A model generated the notes under the pieces. That model searched no databases. It was not told the DNA's origin and saw nothing but the letters and a program-made list of their open reading frames with translations. The translations under genes were made by a program, and so were the position numbers. This document shows positions 1 to 9,040 of a DNA stretch of 64,000 bases, in pieces (the stretch's first letter is position 1; every line of letters begins with the position of its first letter). The stretch comes from an uncultured Chloroflexia bacterium. GTDB taxonomy: Bacteria > Chloroflexota > Limnocylindria > Limnocylindrales > CSP1-4. The stretch is taken from assembly GCA_963713975.1 (NCBI GenBank), contig OY970218.1, positions 2,496,001 to 2,560,000 of the forward strand. The letters are read 5' to 3'.

Positions 1-2181
1 CTCGCGGAAGCCGTTGATGTTCCAGCCCGCGGTGGCCTCCTGGAGGAAGCCCTGCCACACGTAGGTCGTGACGTCGATCGAGAACAGCGGGTCGCTCGGC
101 GTGCTGACAACCGTGTTGTCGGAGTTGCCGTTCCAGGCACCGACCGCAAGCGCGTACTCGCCGGCGGCCCGCTCCTTGGCGCTCGGCGCCCCGATGTAGC
201 CATAGGCGTTCAGGTCCTTGGCGTCGTTGTTGGTGCCGGTCTTGAGGGTCGCCGGCCGACGCCGGTTGCCCTCGGTCAGCCGGAACTCGCCCCAGTAGGG
301 GTTCACCTTGGGATCCGTGTTGCCGGCGAGGATGTCGGTCATGACCCCGGCCGCGCCCGCATCCAGCGCCTGTGTCGGGGCCGGCGTGTCGGCTGGACCG
401 AGGACCTCCGTGCCGTTGCTGTCCGTGGCAGTGATGATGGTGGTCTGGGCGACGAGCGAGCCGCCATTGGCGAGCGCTCCATAGGCCCGGACGAGGTCCT
501 TGGGCAGCACCTCCTCGACACCGAGGGCGAACGACAGGCCCGCGTCGACTTGGCCGTCCTTGAAGGTGACGCCCATCTCCTCGGCCTTGGCCTTGACGGT
601 GTCGTTCCCGATCACCGCCATCGCCTTGACGGCGGGGATGTTGAGCGAGAAGCGCAGGGCGTCGGTCACCCGGACGGGACCCCGCTCCAGGTTGTCGGCG
701 TCGGTGGGCGTGTAGCCCCTGCCGAAGTCGGTGACCACGTCCATGAACATCGTCGAAGCAGTGATGATCCGGGCGTCGATGCCGGTGGCGTACACGATCG
801 GCTTGAACGCGGAGCCCGGCTGGCGCCAGCCGTCGGCCAGCACGTCGAATCGGGGCTGCATCTTCTTGGTGGCCTTGAGGGCCGAGGGGTCGGCGGACCC
901 CTGGTAGGCCACGATCTCGCCCGTTTGGTAGTCCATGGCGATCAGCGCGCCGTTGTACAGCCGCTTGTCCCTGAGGTTCGCGATCCAGCTCTCGTAGGTC
1001 AGGCCGCGGGCCTTGGCCGCCGCCCGCGGGCTCTTGGCATGCGGGACGATGGTGGCCGCCTGGACCCATTTCTCGGCCAGGGCCTGAAGCCGCATGTCGA
1101 TCGTGCTCCGGATCACGAGCCCGCCGCGCTCGAGGATGGGGCACGTCTCGGCGCCGTCGCACAGGCGCGTCGTGAGCTCCGCCCGGACCTGGCGGACGAA
1201 CTGCGGGATCACCCAGACGGAGGACCGCTGGGTCGCCAGGACCACCTTCTCGGCCTTGGCCGCCGCGTAGTCCGCCGAGGTGAAGGCGTCACCGGTGAGC
1301 GGCGTGCCGCCCGCCGCGGCCATCTGGTCCAGCACGAAGTTGCGGCGGACCACGATCGGGGCATCCGGCGGCACGACGAGCTGGGTCGCGGTGCAGGTCT
1401 CGTCGGTCTGCGTCGGGTCCACGCACTCCTCGATGGCGTTCTGGACCAGGTCATAGGAGGAGGGCGCCTTGGGCAGGGCGGCGAGGATGGCCGCCTGGGC
1501 CAAGGTCAGGTCCTTGAGCTCCACCCCGAAGTACTCGCGGGCCGCCGCCGCCACGCCGTACGACTCGTTGCCGTAGTAGTTCTGGTTGAGATAGGCGGCC
1601 ATGATCCGCTGCTTGCCCGCCTCGCCCGGATACGCCTGCGTCACGCGGATCGACTGGATGATCTCCTTGATCTTCCGGGACGCGGTGACCTCGATCTGGG
1701 CGGTGCCGTCGTCCGACAGCAGACGCTGGCGGACCAGCTGCTGGGTGATCGTGGAGGCGCCGCGCGCGCGGCCGCGCAACGCGTCGAAGCCTGCGGCCAT
1801 GATGCCCACCGGATCGAAGCCCGAGTTCTCCCAGAACGTCCGGTCCTCGACGGCGGTCGTGGCATCCACCAGCACCGGCGGCACCTGGTCGAACGTGACC
1901 ACCGCCCGGTTGAACTCGCCGAAGCGGGCCAGCTCGGTTGCGCCGGTCCGGTCGTACACCACGGACTGCTCGGGGAGCTCGATCTGCTCGAGCGCCGTCG
2001 GGGCAGGTAGCCCGGTGCTCATGCTCGCGTACGTGGTCACGGCCAAGGCGGCGCCCGTGGCCCCGAGGAGCGCGAGTGCCGCGAACAGCACGAGCCCCAT
2101 GGTGGCGGCCGCGCCAATTCCGCGGCGTCGTGTCGATCGAGGCCGGCCCTCCGCGGGCTGGCTGGACGGGTCGTCGTACAT
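1..2181 (-). CDS. Class A penicillin-binding protein (transglycosylase + transpeptidase), 3' end runs off the window
   Basis: Manual minus-strand translation from ATG at 2181: MYDDPSS, N-terminal TM helix, GT51 motifs EDRTFWENSGFD, GASTITQQL, RKIKEI, YLNQNYYG; transpeptidase motifs QPGSAFKP (SxxK), SLN and KTGT. Not in the ORF track because it is open at the window edge. Confidence 0.93.
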   Translation of the reverse strand, partial: MYDDPSSQPAEGRPRSTRRRGIGAAATMGLVLFAALALLGATGAALAVTTYASMSTGLPAPTALEQIELPEQSVVYDRTGATELARFGEFNRAVVTFDQVPPVLVDATTAVEDRTFWENSGFDPVGIMAAGFDALRGRARGASTITQQLVRQRLLSDDGTAQIEVTASRKIKEIIQSIRVTQAYPGEAGKQRIMAAYLNQNYYGNESYGVAAAAREYFGVELKDLTLAQAAILAALPKAPSSYDLVQNAIEECVDPTQTDETCTATQLVVPPDAPIVVRRNFVLDQMAAAGGTPLTGDAFTSADYAAAKAEKVVLATQRSSVWVIPQFVRQVRAELTTRLCDGAETCPILERGGLVIRSTIDMRLQALAEKWVQAATIVPHAKSPRAAAKARGLTYESWIANLRDKRLYNGALIAMDYQTGEIVAYQGSADPSALKATKKMQPRFDVLADGWRQPGSAFKPIVYATGIDARIITASTMFMDVVTDFGRGYTPTDADNLERGPVRVTDALRFSLNIPAVKAMAVIGNDTVKAKAEEMGVTFKDGQVDAGLSFALGVEEVLPKDLVRAYGALANGGSLVAQTTIITATDSNGTEVLGPADTPAPTQALDAGAAGVMTDILAGNTDPKVNPYWGEFRLTEGNRRRPATLKTGTNNDAKDLNAYGYIGAPSAKERAAGEYALAVGAWNGNSDNTVVSTPSDPLFSIDVTTYVWQGFLQEATAGWNINGFRE

Positions 2182-2255
2182 CGTGAGGAAGTGTGCGGTG
2201 GAACGGCGGATCGTGCCAGCGGGGGCCGGTCGGGCGCCGCGAGAGTGTCCGCCGA

Positions 2256-2723
2256 CTACGCCTTCGCCAGGGCCTGGAGTAGCCGGTCCACGAACACCGA
2301 CTGGGCAGGGCTCAGGCGCCGGCGGGCCTCTGCCGGGTCCGCCCACAGCACCCGGTCGATCTCGGGCACGGTGATCAGCTGACCGGTCTTCGGGGGCCAC
2401 TCCACCTCGACGGTCATGCTCCGCACGCGTCTCGGATCGAGGTCCCCTTCGATGCCCCACGCATGGACAATCTTGCCCGAGCGCATGCGCACCTCGCCCA
2501 GGTCGATCGGGTCGCCGTTCGGCGGATTGTGCCCGGTCTCCTCCTCGAACTCGCGACGGGCGGCGTCGAAGAGGTCCTCATGGTCGTTGGCCGCGCCCTT
2601 GGGCAGCGACCAGGCGCCGGCGTCGCGTCGAGCCCAGATGGGGCCACCCGGATGGGCGACGAGCACCTCGATGTCGTCACCCGAGCGACGATAGAGGAGC
2701 AGGCCGGCGGACAGCTTGGGCAT
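2256..2723 (-). CDS. NUDIX hydrolase
   Basis: MPKLSAGLLLYR...AHPGGPIW...WSLPKG...AARREFEEETG (Nudix box); start moved to ATG 2723 within ORF 2256..2960. Confidence 0.9.
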   Translation of the reverse strand: MPKLSAGLLLYRRSGDDIEVLVAHPGGPIWARRDAGAWSLPKGAANDHEDLFDAARREFEEETGHNPPNGDPIDLGEVRMRSGKIVHAWGIEGDLDPRRVRSMTVEVEWPPKTGQLITVPEIDRVLWADPAEARRRLSPAQSVFVDRLLQALAKA

Positions 2724-2765
2724 GAGGCTCTCACAGCTCGAGCAGGAGGCTCTCGAGGACTCGCG

Positions 2766-2852
2766 GGGCACACGAAAGCGCCCGAAGGAACCGTACCGCA
2801 CCGCCTCGCCCACGACCTTGCCGAGCAAGCTCGGCCCTGTCGCAGCGGCTCC
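2766..2852 (-). ncRNA. Candidate structured RNA (unassigned) upstream of the NUDIX gene
   Basis: Minus strand folds into nested stems GGAGCCG/CGGUUCC, CUGCGAC/GUCGUGG and GCCGAG-CUUG-CUCGGC, then GGGCGC/GUGCCC. The irregular pairs are G-U on the minus strand and A-C on the plus strand. Confidence 0.45.
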
Positions 2853-2999
2853 GTCTCCAGCCACCCCGCCAGCCTTGCGGCCACCGTGGCGGCGGTCCGG
2901 GGACCCGGTCCGATCATTGCTGACCGGTCCGGTGTCGGTGCCACCGGCCCCTTCGGGCAAACCGAACGATATCGGCGGGGGCCTGGGGTGCCAACCGGG

Positions 3000-3074
3000 T
3001 TGTCCACGACTTTGACGGATTCGGGCGCGAAGTTGTCCACGATGTCGGGCCGGTCGTGGACAAGCTGTGGACAG
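3000..3074. promoter_or_regulatory. Cluster of four DnaA-box-like 9-mers
   Basis: TTGTCCACG at 3000-3008 and 3033-3041, its reverse complement at 3055-3063, and CTGTCCACA (reverse) at 3066-3074; each is 1 mismatch from the high-GC DnaA box TTGTCCACA. Confidence 0.55.
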
Positions 3075-3119
3075 GGGGTCGTTTCCGGGGGAGGCGCCGG
3101 CCCCCGCGCTGAGCGCGTG

Positions 3120-3266
3120 CCGCCAGCCGGTTCAACCGTCAGGTGAGCGCTCGTTCGAGCCGCTCCGCGACACGTTCCTGGGGGCCCGGGGCGGATCAGG
3201 GCGTCGGCACCCGACGGGTGCGCCGGCCAGCGGCGCAAACGGGCAGGCACCCAACCGTTCAACCGG
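3120..3266 (-). repeat. Dispersed ~140-bp palindromic intergenic repeat, copy A
   Basis: Reverse complement reads GGTTGAACGGTTGGGTG...CGTTTGCGCCGCT...GTCGGGTG...AGCGGCTC...GACGGTTGAACCG; aligns by eye with copies at 12932, 53084 and 56539. Confidence 0.7.
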
Positions 3267-3328
3267 GCAGCGGCTCCTGGGGCGCCAGGCGCGGTTGGCC
3301 CCGGCGCCCCAAACCACGCGACGCCCGG

Positions 3329-3988
3329 TCAGTCATCGTCGGCGACGACACCCCTGGCAGAGCGGGCCGGCGCAACCTCGTGGTGCCGCAGGCAGCGAGC
3401 CTCGTAGGTCTCGATGGCACGTCCATCGAACCCGCCGATGACGATCAGCGGGTCGTCGATCGCGGCCGGCCGGCCGCCCACCAGGCGCTGGGTGCGGGTC
3501 GCGGTCTCGCCGCATACCACGCAGATCGCCGAGAGCATCGTGATCTGGTCGGCCGTCGCCAGCAGCATGGGCATCGGGCCGAACGGGCGCCCCGCGAAGT
3601 CCGTGTTCAGGCCGCTCGCGATGACATGGCGGCCGCTGTGGCGCAGCGTCTCCGCGGTCTGGGAGAGGCTGGCGTCGAAGAATTGCGCCTCCTCGATGCC
3701 GACGAGATCCACGTCGCGCTCGCGCGCCAGCGACAGGATCGCGACCGGCTCACCCTTGGGCACCAGGACGGACGGGAAGCGCGCGTGGCTCCGGCTCTCG
3801 GCGTACTCGCCGGGCGTGCGGTCGTCCACATCGGGGCGCACGAGCAGGATGCGGCGCTTCGCGATCTCGGCGCGGCGGAGGAGGCGCAGCAGCTCGTCGG
3901 TCTTGCCGGACGACATGCAGCCGGCGATGACGTGGAGCCAGGGATCGGCGCGGTAGAGCACGGATCGAATTACCGGCTTCGCGGCCAT
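3329..3988 (-). CDS. tdk: Thymidine kinase (TK1 family)
   Basis: GCMSSGKT P-loop, IEEAQFF, SGLNTDFAGRPFG, CVVC and YEARCLRH zinc site. Start is ATG 3988 or GTG 3961. Confidence 0.92.
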   Translation of the reverse strand: MAAKPVIRSVLYRADPWLHVIAGCMSSGKTDELLRLLRRAEIAKRRILLVRPDVDDRTPGEYAESRSHARFPSVLVPKGEPVAILSLARERDVDLVGIEEAQFFDASLSQTAETLRHSGRHVIASGLNTDFAGRPFGPMPMLLATADQITMLSAICVVCGETATRTQRLVGGRPAAIDDPLIVIGGFDGRAIETYEARCLRHHEVAPARSARGVVADDD

Positions 3989-4030
3989 TCGGCGGGCGCG
4001 GTTGCGCGTCGGGCGCGGTACCGTGGCAGG

Positions 4031-5023
4031 GTGAGCGCGATCTCGGTCGATGGGCTGACCAAGCACTACCTGACGGGCGGGTGGGGCAGGGGAGCCCGAC
4101 GCCCCATCCACGCCCTCGAGGACGTGACCCTGGAGGTCCGTCCGGGCGAGATCTTCGGGTTCCTGGGCCCGAACGGTGCGGGCAAGTCCACCCTCATCCG
4201 GCTGCTCCTGGGCTACCTCCACCCGACCGCGGGCCGGGCGAGCGTCCTGGGCCTGGACATCGAGCGCGACTCGGTCGCCATCCGGTCCCGCACGGGCTAC
4301 CTGCCCGGTGGCATCGCCCTCGACGACGGGCTGACGGGCGAGCGCCACCTGGACGATCTCGCGGCCCTCTCGGGCAGGCCGCCGGTGCGCCGGAAGGAGA
4401 TCTGCGATCGCCTGGAGCTGAGCGACCGCATCCTGCGTCGCCCGATCCACGGCTACTCACGGGGCATGCGCCAGAAGGTCGGGATCGTGCAGGCGCTGCA
4501 GCACGACCCGGAGCTGGCGATCCTCGACGAGCCCTCCGAGGGCCTGGACCCGCTCATGCAGCGCGCGTTCTACGGAGTCCTCGAGGACCTGCGGGCCGAC
4601 GGGCGGACGGTCTTCTTCTCGTCGCACATCCTGTCCGAGGTGGAGCGCGTCTGTGATCGGGTCGCGATCGTCCGCGGCGGGCGCCTGGTGGCGACCGAGG
4701 ACGTGGGCACGCTCCTCGCGCAGCGCAAGCGCCGGGTGGAGCTCCGCTTCGACGGGGAGGCTCCGGTGCTCGCGGCCGTCGATGGCGTGTCCGGCCTGGC
4801 GGTCGAGGCGGGCCGCCTGACCTGCGCCCTCGTCGGCGACCCTCGCCCGTTCCTTGCCGCCATCGCCGGTGCGGCGGTCACGGACCTCGTCATCGAGCCC
4901 TCGCGACTGGAGGACGCGTTCCTCGAGCTATACGCGGGCGAGGAGGCTGCCGAGGTCGCGGCGGACGAGGTAACGGGCAACCCCGGAGACACGGACCCGC
5001 CCGACCACGGAGCGCAGCGGTGA
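4031..5023 (+). CDS. ABC-2 type transporter ATP-binding protein
   Basis: GPNGAGKST, YSRGM signature, ILDEPSEGLD, SSH switch; GTG start 4031. Confidence 0.92.
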   Translation: MSAISVDGLTKHYLTGGWGRGARRPIHALEDVTLEVRPGEIFGFLGPNGAGKSTLIRLLLGYLHPTAGRASVLGLDIERDSVAIRSRTGYLPGGIALDDGLTGERHLDDLAALSGRPPVRRKEICDRLELSDRILRRPIHGYSRGMRQKVGIVQALQHDPELAILDEPSEGLDPLMQRAFYGVLEDLRADGRTVFFSSHILSEVERVCDRVAIVRGGRLVATEDVGTLLAQRKRRVELRFDGEAPVLAAVDGVSGLAVEAGRLTCALVGDPRPFLAAIAGAAVTDLVIEPSRLEDAFLELYAGEEAAEVAADEVTGNPGDTDPPDHGAQR

Positions 5024-5835
5024 CCGGCCTGCTCAGCCTTCCGCTCCTCCGCCGGACGTGGCGTGCCCAGCGATCCCGCCTCGGCCTGGTCGCGCTGGCG
5101 CTCGGCGTGTGGGGGTTCCTGATGCCCGTGATCTACGCCACGTTCGGGCGCCAGCTGTCGGTCATCCTCGATACGGGGATCATCCCGGATGCGTTCCTGC
5201 GGCTCATGGGCGCCGACCCGTTCAGCCTCGAGGGTGCCGTGGCGCTCGGCTGGGTGCACCCCATCGCCATCGGGCTGCAGGTCATCTTCCCGATCGGGCT
5301 CGGGGCGGCGGCGATCGCGGGCGAACGCCAGCGCGGGACGCTGGAGGTGCTGCTCTCGCGGCCCCTGTCGCGGCGGCGGCTGTTCACGACCTACCTTGCG
5401 GCCCTGATCGGCTTTGGCGCGATCACCACGGCCGCGGTCCTCGTGGGCACCCTCGCGAGTGCCGCGGTCTACGGCGTGACAGGGGAGCTCGACGCTGGCG
5501 CGCTGGGGTTCCTGGCGGTCAACACCGTCCTGCAGCTGGCCGCGTTCTCGGCGCTGGCGCTGGCAGCATCGGCATCATCGGACCGGCTGGCGCCGGCGCT
5601 CGGGTTTGGCCTGGCGGTCCTGCTGCTGGGGTACGTCCTGCAGGTCCTGGGCACGATCTGGCCGGATGCGGCGTTCCTCCAGCCGCTCTCACCGTTCCAC
5701 TACCTGCGCCCGCTGGAGGTGCTGAGCGGCCGCGCCGAGCCGATGGACCTCGTCGTCCTCGCCGGCGTCACCTTCGTGGCCGCGGCCTGGGGGCTGTGGC
5801 ACTTCCCGCGTCGGGACCTCGCCGCGCCAACCTGA
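5020..5835 (+). CDS. ABC-2 type transporter permease
   Basis: About six hydrophobic helices, IAGERQRGTLEVLLSRP motif, C-terminal RRDL; 4-nt overlap with the ATPase. Confidence 0.88.
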   Translation: MTGLLSLPLLRRTWRAQRSRLGLVALALGVWGFLMPVIYATFGRQLSVILDTGIIPDAFLRLMGADPFSLEGAVALGWVHPIAIGLQVIFPIGLGAAAIAGERQRGTLEVLLSRPLSRRRLFTTYLAALIGFGAITTAAVLVGTLASAAVYGVTGELDAGALGFLAVNTVLQLAAFSALALAASASSDRLAPALGFGLAVLLLGYVLQVLGTIWPDAAFLQPLSPFHYLRPLEVLSGRAEPMDLVVLAGVTFVAAAWGLWHFPRRDLAAPT

Positions 5836-5884
5836 TCGGCACCGCCCGACCCGCCCCGTTGCCCTTGCCATGGAGGCACACCAG

Positions 5885-6388
5885 ATGAGCATTCCCCTGA
5901 CCCCCGAGGAGCGGCGCTTCGTGCCGGACGACTTCGTTCCGCCCCTGGGCCTCGACCATCCCGCGTTCCGGCTTCGGCCCCTCGGGCCCGAGCACAACGC
6001 CTCCGACTACGCCGCCTGGACCTCGAGCATCGAGCACATCCGCTCGACGCCGGGGTTTCCCGATGGAGGGTGGCCGCGCCCGATGACGCCCGAGGAGAAC
6101 CTGGCCGACCTGGTCCGGCACGCGGGCGACTTCGCGGCCCGACGAGGGTTCACGTACACCGTGCTCGCACCCACCGATGACGATCCGCCGCTGGTCATCG
6201 GCTGTGTCTACATCTACCCGGCGCACGGCCCCGGCGCCCACGTCCAGTCCTGGGTCCGCGCCGCGGACGCCGATCTCGACCCGATCCTCGCCGGCGCGGT
6301 CTCGGCGTGGCTGGCCGAGGCGTGGACGTTCGAGCAGGTCGACTACGCGGGGCGCTCGGGGACCCGAGACGCCATCATGGGCGCATGA
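5885..6388 (+). CDS. GNAT/RimJ-like N-acetyltransferase fold protein
   Basis: FRLRPLGPEHNASDYAAW...FTYTVL...IGCVYIYP pattern; GGAGG RBS upstream. Confidence 0.7.
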   Translation: MSIPLTPEERRFVPDDFVPPLGLDHPAFRLRPLGPEHNASDYAAWTSSIEHIRSTPGFPDGGWPRPMTPEENLADLVRHAGDFAARRGFTYTVLAPTDDDPPLVIGCVYIYPAHGPGAHVQSWVRAADADLDPILAGAVSAWLAEAWTFEQVDYAGRSGTRDAIMGA

Positions 6389-7329
6389 CCGCACCGTCGA
6401 TCCCGCTCGAGATCGGGCTCAGCCTGCCCACCTGGCCGCGGGCCGACCGGACGTATGCCTCGTGGCCGGAGCTGCGCGCGCTCGCGCTCGAGGCCGAAGC
6501 GATGGGCGTCGACACGCTGTGGGCCCCGGACCACCTCCAGCGCGACCTCGCGTCCGGGGAGCGGATCGGGTTCTGGGAGTGCTGGACCATCGTCACCGCG
6601 GTCGCGGAGGCCACCACCACGATCGGCATCGGGCCGTACGTGGCCTGCACCGGGTTCCGCAACCCGGCGCTGCTGGCCAAGATGGCGGTCACGCTGGACG
6701 AGGTGAGCGGCGGACGGCTGGTCCTGGGCCTCGGCAGCGGGGTGCCGGACCGCGACACGAGCTGGCAGGCGTATGGCTTCGACGCCGAACGGCCGGTCGC
6801 ACGGTACGCGGAGGCCGTCGAGGTGATCTCGCGCATGCTGCGCGAGTCGTCCGTGACGTTCGCGGGGACGTTCTTCCGCGCCGACGACGCGCAGATCATC
6901 CCGAGCGGAACCGCCGCCGGGCCGCCCGTCTGGGTGGCCGGGCTGGGCGACCGGACCAGCCGCGTGGCCGCGACCTTCGGGGACGCGATCAACGTCAACC
7001 TCCCGCTGTGCGGGCCCGCGGACATGGCGCGGGTCGCCGACATCGCCGCCCGGGCCTGCGCCGCGGTCGGTCGCGATCCGGACACCCTGGGGCTGACCGG
7101 CTGGGGCCGGCTGGTGCTGGACGAGGACGGGAACGCGCTCGATCGTGACGGGTGCCTCAGCGGATCCCCGGCCGAGGTTGCCGCCACGGTTCGCGGGTTC
7201 GCCGAGGCAGGGCTGCGGCACATGACCTTCCACGTGGGCGCGCCGGACGACCCGAGCCGGTTGCCGGCCCTGACGCCGGCGACCCTGGCCCGCTTCGGCA
7301 CGGTGCTGGAGGCCATCCGTGCGGCCTGA
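6385..7329 (+). CDS. LLM-class (luciferase-like) flavin-dependent oxidoreductase
   Basis: LWAPDHL, RNPALLAKMAVTLDEVSGGRLVLGLGSG. Confidence 0.9.
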   Translation: MTAPSIPLEIGLSLPTWPRADRTYASWPELRALALEAEAMGVDTLWAPDHLQRDLASGERIGFWECWTIVTAVAEATTTIGIGPYVACTGFRNPALLAKMAVTLDEVSGGRLVLGLGSGVPDRDTSWQAYGFDAERPVARYAEAVEVISRMLRESSVTFAGTFFRADDAQIIPSGTAAGPPVWVAGLGDRTSRVAATFGDAINVNLPLCGPADMARVADIAARACAAVGRDPDTLGLTGWGRLVLDEDGNALDRDGCLSGSPAEVAATVRGFAEAGLRHMTFHVGAPDDPSRLPALTPATLARFGTVLEAIRAA

Positions 7330-7373
7330 GCCGCGCCGGGACACCGCCGCCGTACCGGTACACTGCCGCCGCC

Positions 7374-8198
7374 ATGGACACCCAGCACGCGCTCCTCGCC
7401 GATCGCGTCGCCGGGCTGCTCGCCGGGGAGCCCGAGGTCAGGGCCGTGGCGCTCGGTGGGTCCCGCGGCGCCGGCGGCGTGGCCTGGGACGAGTGGTCCG
7501 ATATGGACCTCGAGGTCTTCACGCGGTCTCCGCTCTCGGATGCCACGCGCGCGCGCGTCCTCGACCTGGCCGGCGCCCCATCACGCGCGCTCCCGCTCCG
7601 CGACTTCTGGGGGTCCGCGGACGAGTGGCGGGACCCTGAAACCGGGATCAACGTCGACGTCACCTACTTCGACGCGGCGTGGATGGCGGACCAGCTGGAC
7701 CGCGTGCTCGTCCGGCACGAGCCGTCACTGGGCTACAGCACCTGCTTCTGGCACACCATCCGCGGCTGCGAGCCGCTCTTCGACCGCGACGGCTGGCTTG
7801 GCGACCTGCGCGAGCGGGCGGCCGTCGACTACCCGGAGGCCCTCCGCCACAACATCGTGGACCACAACCTGCGGGCCCTGCGAGGGTTCGCCTCGGCGTG
7901 GGAGGAGCAGGTCGGGCGGGCCGCGCGACGCGGCGACCTCGTCTCCGTCAACCACCGTCTCACCGGGCTGCTCGCGAGCTACTTCGACGTGCTGTTCGCG
8001 CTCAACCGGGTGCCCCATCCGGGCGAGAAGCGCCTCCTCTGCGCGGCCGTCGGCCTGTGCCCGAGGCGTCCTCCCGAGATGGAGCCCGCGGTGACCGAGG
8101 TGCTCCGGACGGCCACGAGTGACCTTGCCGGCCTGCCGGATCGCGTCGGGCGCCTTCTTGATTCGCTCGTGGCGATCACCGGCAGTCTCGACCGCTAG
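7374..8198 (+). CDS. Pol-beta-like nucleotidyltransferase with helical C-terminal domain (DUF4037-like)
   Basis: LGGSRG...DEWSDMDL (GS-DxD motif), GYSTCFWH, SYFDVLFALN...HPGEKRL. Confidence 0.75.
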   Translation: MDTQHALLADRVAGLLAGEPEVRAVALGGSRGAGGVAWDEWSDMDLEVFTRSPLSDATRARVLDLAGAPSRALPLRDFWGSADEWRDPETGINVDVTYFDAAWMADQLDRVLVRHEPSLGYSTCFWHTIRGCEPLFDRDGWLGDLRERAAVDYPEALRHNIVDHNLRALRGFASAWEEQVGRAARRGDLVSVNHRLTGLLASYFDVLFALNRVPHPGEKRLLCAAVGLCPRRPPEMEPAVTEVLRTATSDLAGLPDRVGRLLDSLVAITGSLDR

Positions 8199-8359
8199 TG
8201 CTTACCACGTTGTGTCAGCAGACCACCAGAGTAGTGTCGCGCGGTCGGAACCGACATCAACTTGGAACGCGACCCCGACCCGCAGCACAAGGCCCAGACG
8301 AGGCGTCCCAGAGTCTGGCGGTCGCGGTTGGGCCGGTCGAATGAGGTGGGAGAGTCGCC

Positions 8360-9040
8360 ATGAGACGCCCCAATGTCCTTGCTGTCATTACCTTGGTTCT
8401 CGTCGGTAGCCTGGGCGTTCCCGAGCCGGTCTCTGCGGAGTCTTGCCGGCCCGTCATGCCCGATCACGCCCGCAATGCTCGCGGCTACACGTTTCGGGCG
8501 AGAATCACGGACATTCGCCTTGAGGGTAATGATCCGTCGCTGACGTACATCACGATGGCGATCGAGAAGGTGTACGCCAACCAGGATAGCGAGCGGCTTC
8601 GAGCCGGGGCGAGCATCGAGGTGTATTCCAACCCGTGCGACGGCTTTGGACTCCTGGGCCTCGAAGTCAAATACGAGATCCTCATGAGCACGAAGTATCT
8701 GGAGGCCGGTGACGGTCCGGGAACCTGGAACACGGCCCTCTGGCAGGTTGACGGCGACAGAGTCCGTCTCGCTGTCCTGAAGGGCGAGGAGTTCGACAAG
8801 ATCTGGTACACGACGGACCGTCGCATCGCGAAAGCCGACACGCTGCAGGAGGCTCTCGCCTTGGTCGCGCCGAGGGCAATCGGCATGCCTGACACAGCGA
8901 CGGAAGTGGTCAGGAACTCCCTCGTGCCAGCCTGGCCGGCGCTTCTGGCCGGTATCGGCGCCTTAATTCTCGCCACCCTGGGGCTCCGCGGCAGGAATCG
9001 TAGCGAGACGCGGTCAAGGCAAGATCGGAAACTGGGGTAG
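8360..9040 (+). CDS. Secreted/surface protein, passenger of the IS element, with a sortase-like C-terminal signal
   Basis: N-terminal signal peptide, two Cys (ESCRP, NPCDG), C-terminal MPDTAT + hydrophobic helix + basic tail; lower GC than the flanks. Confidence 0.7.
   Translation: MRRPNVLAVITLVLVGSLGVPEPVSAESCRPVMPDHARNARGYTFRARITDIRLEGNDPSLTYITMAIEKVYANQDSERLRAGASIEVYSNPCDGFGLLGLEVKYEILMSTKYLEAGDGPGTWNTALWQVDGDRVRLAVLKGEEFDKIWYTTDRRIAKADTLQEALALVAPRAIGMPDTATEVVRNSLVPAWPALLAGIGALILATLGLRGRNRSETRSRQDRKLG

Noticed and set aside
550-2010. 486-aa plus-strand ORF and the many similar long ORFs (e.g. 20088..22991, 23460..26318, 29202..32654, 56415..59093)
   Set aside because: Antisense or off-frame shadows of real genes, expected in high-GC DNA; no recognisable motifs.
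2785-2852. Resemblance of GAGCCG...TACGGTTC to group II intron domain V, and partial likeness to SRP RNA, SAH or c-di-GMP-II riboswitches
   Set aside because: The stem is too long and lacks the DV geometry, no reverse transcriptase or other intron domains are present, and the diagnostic motifs of the other families are missing; left unassigned.
3000-3074. Chromosomal replication origin
   Set aside because: No dnaA/dnaN/rpmH context and no AT-rich unwinding element.
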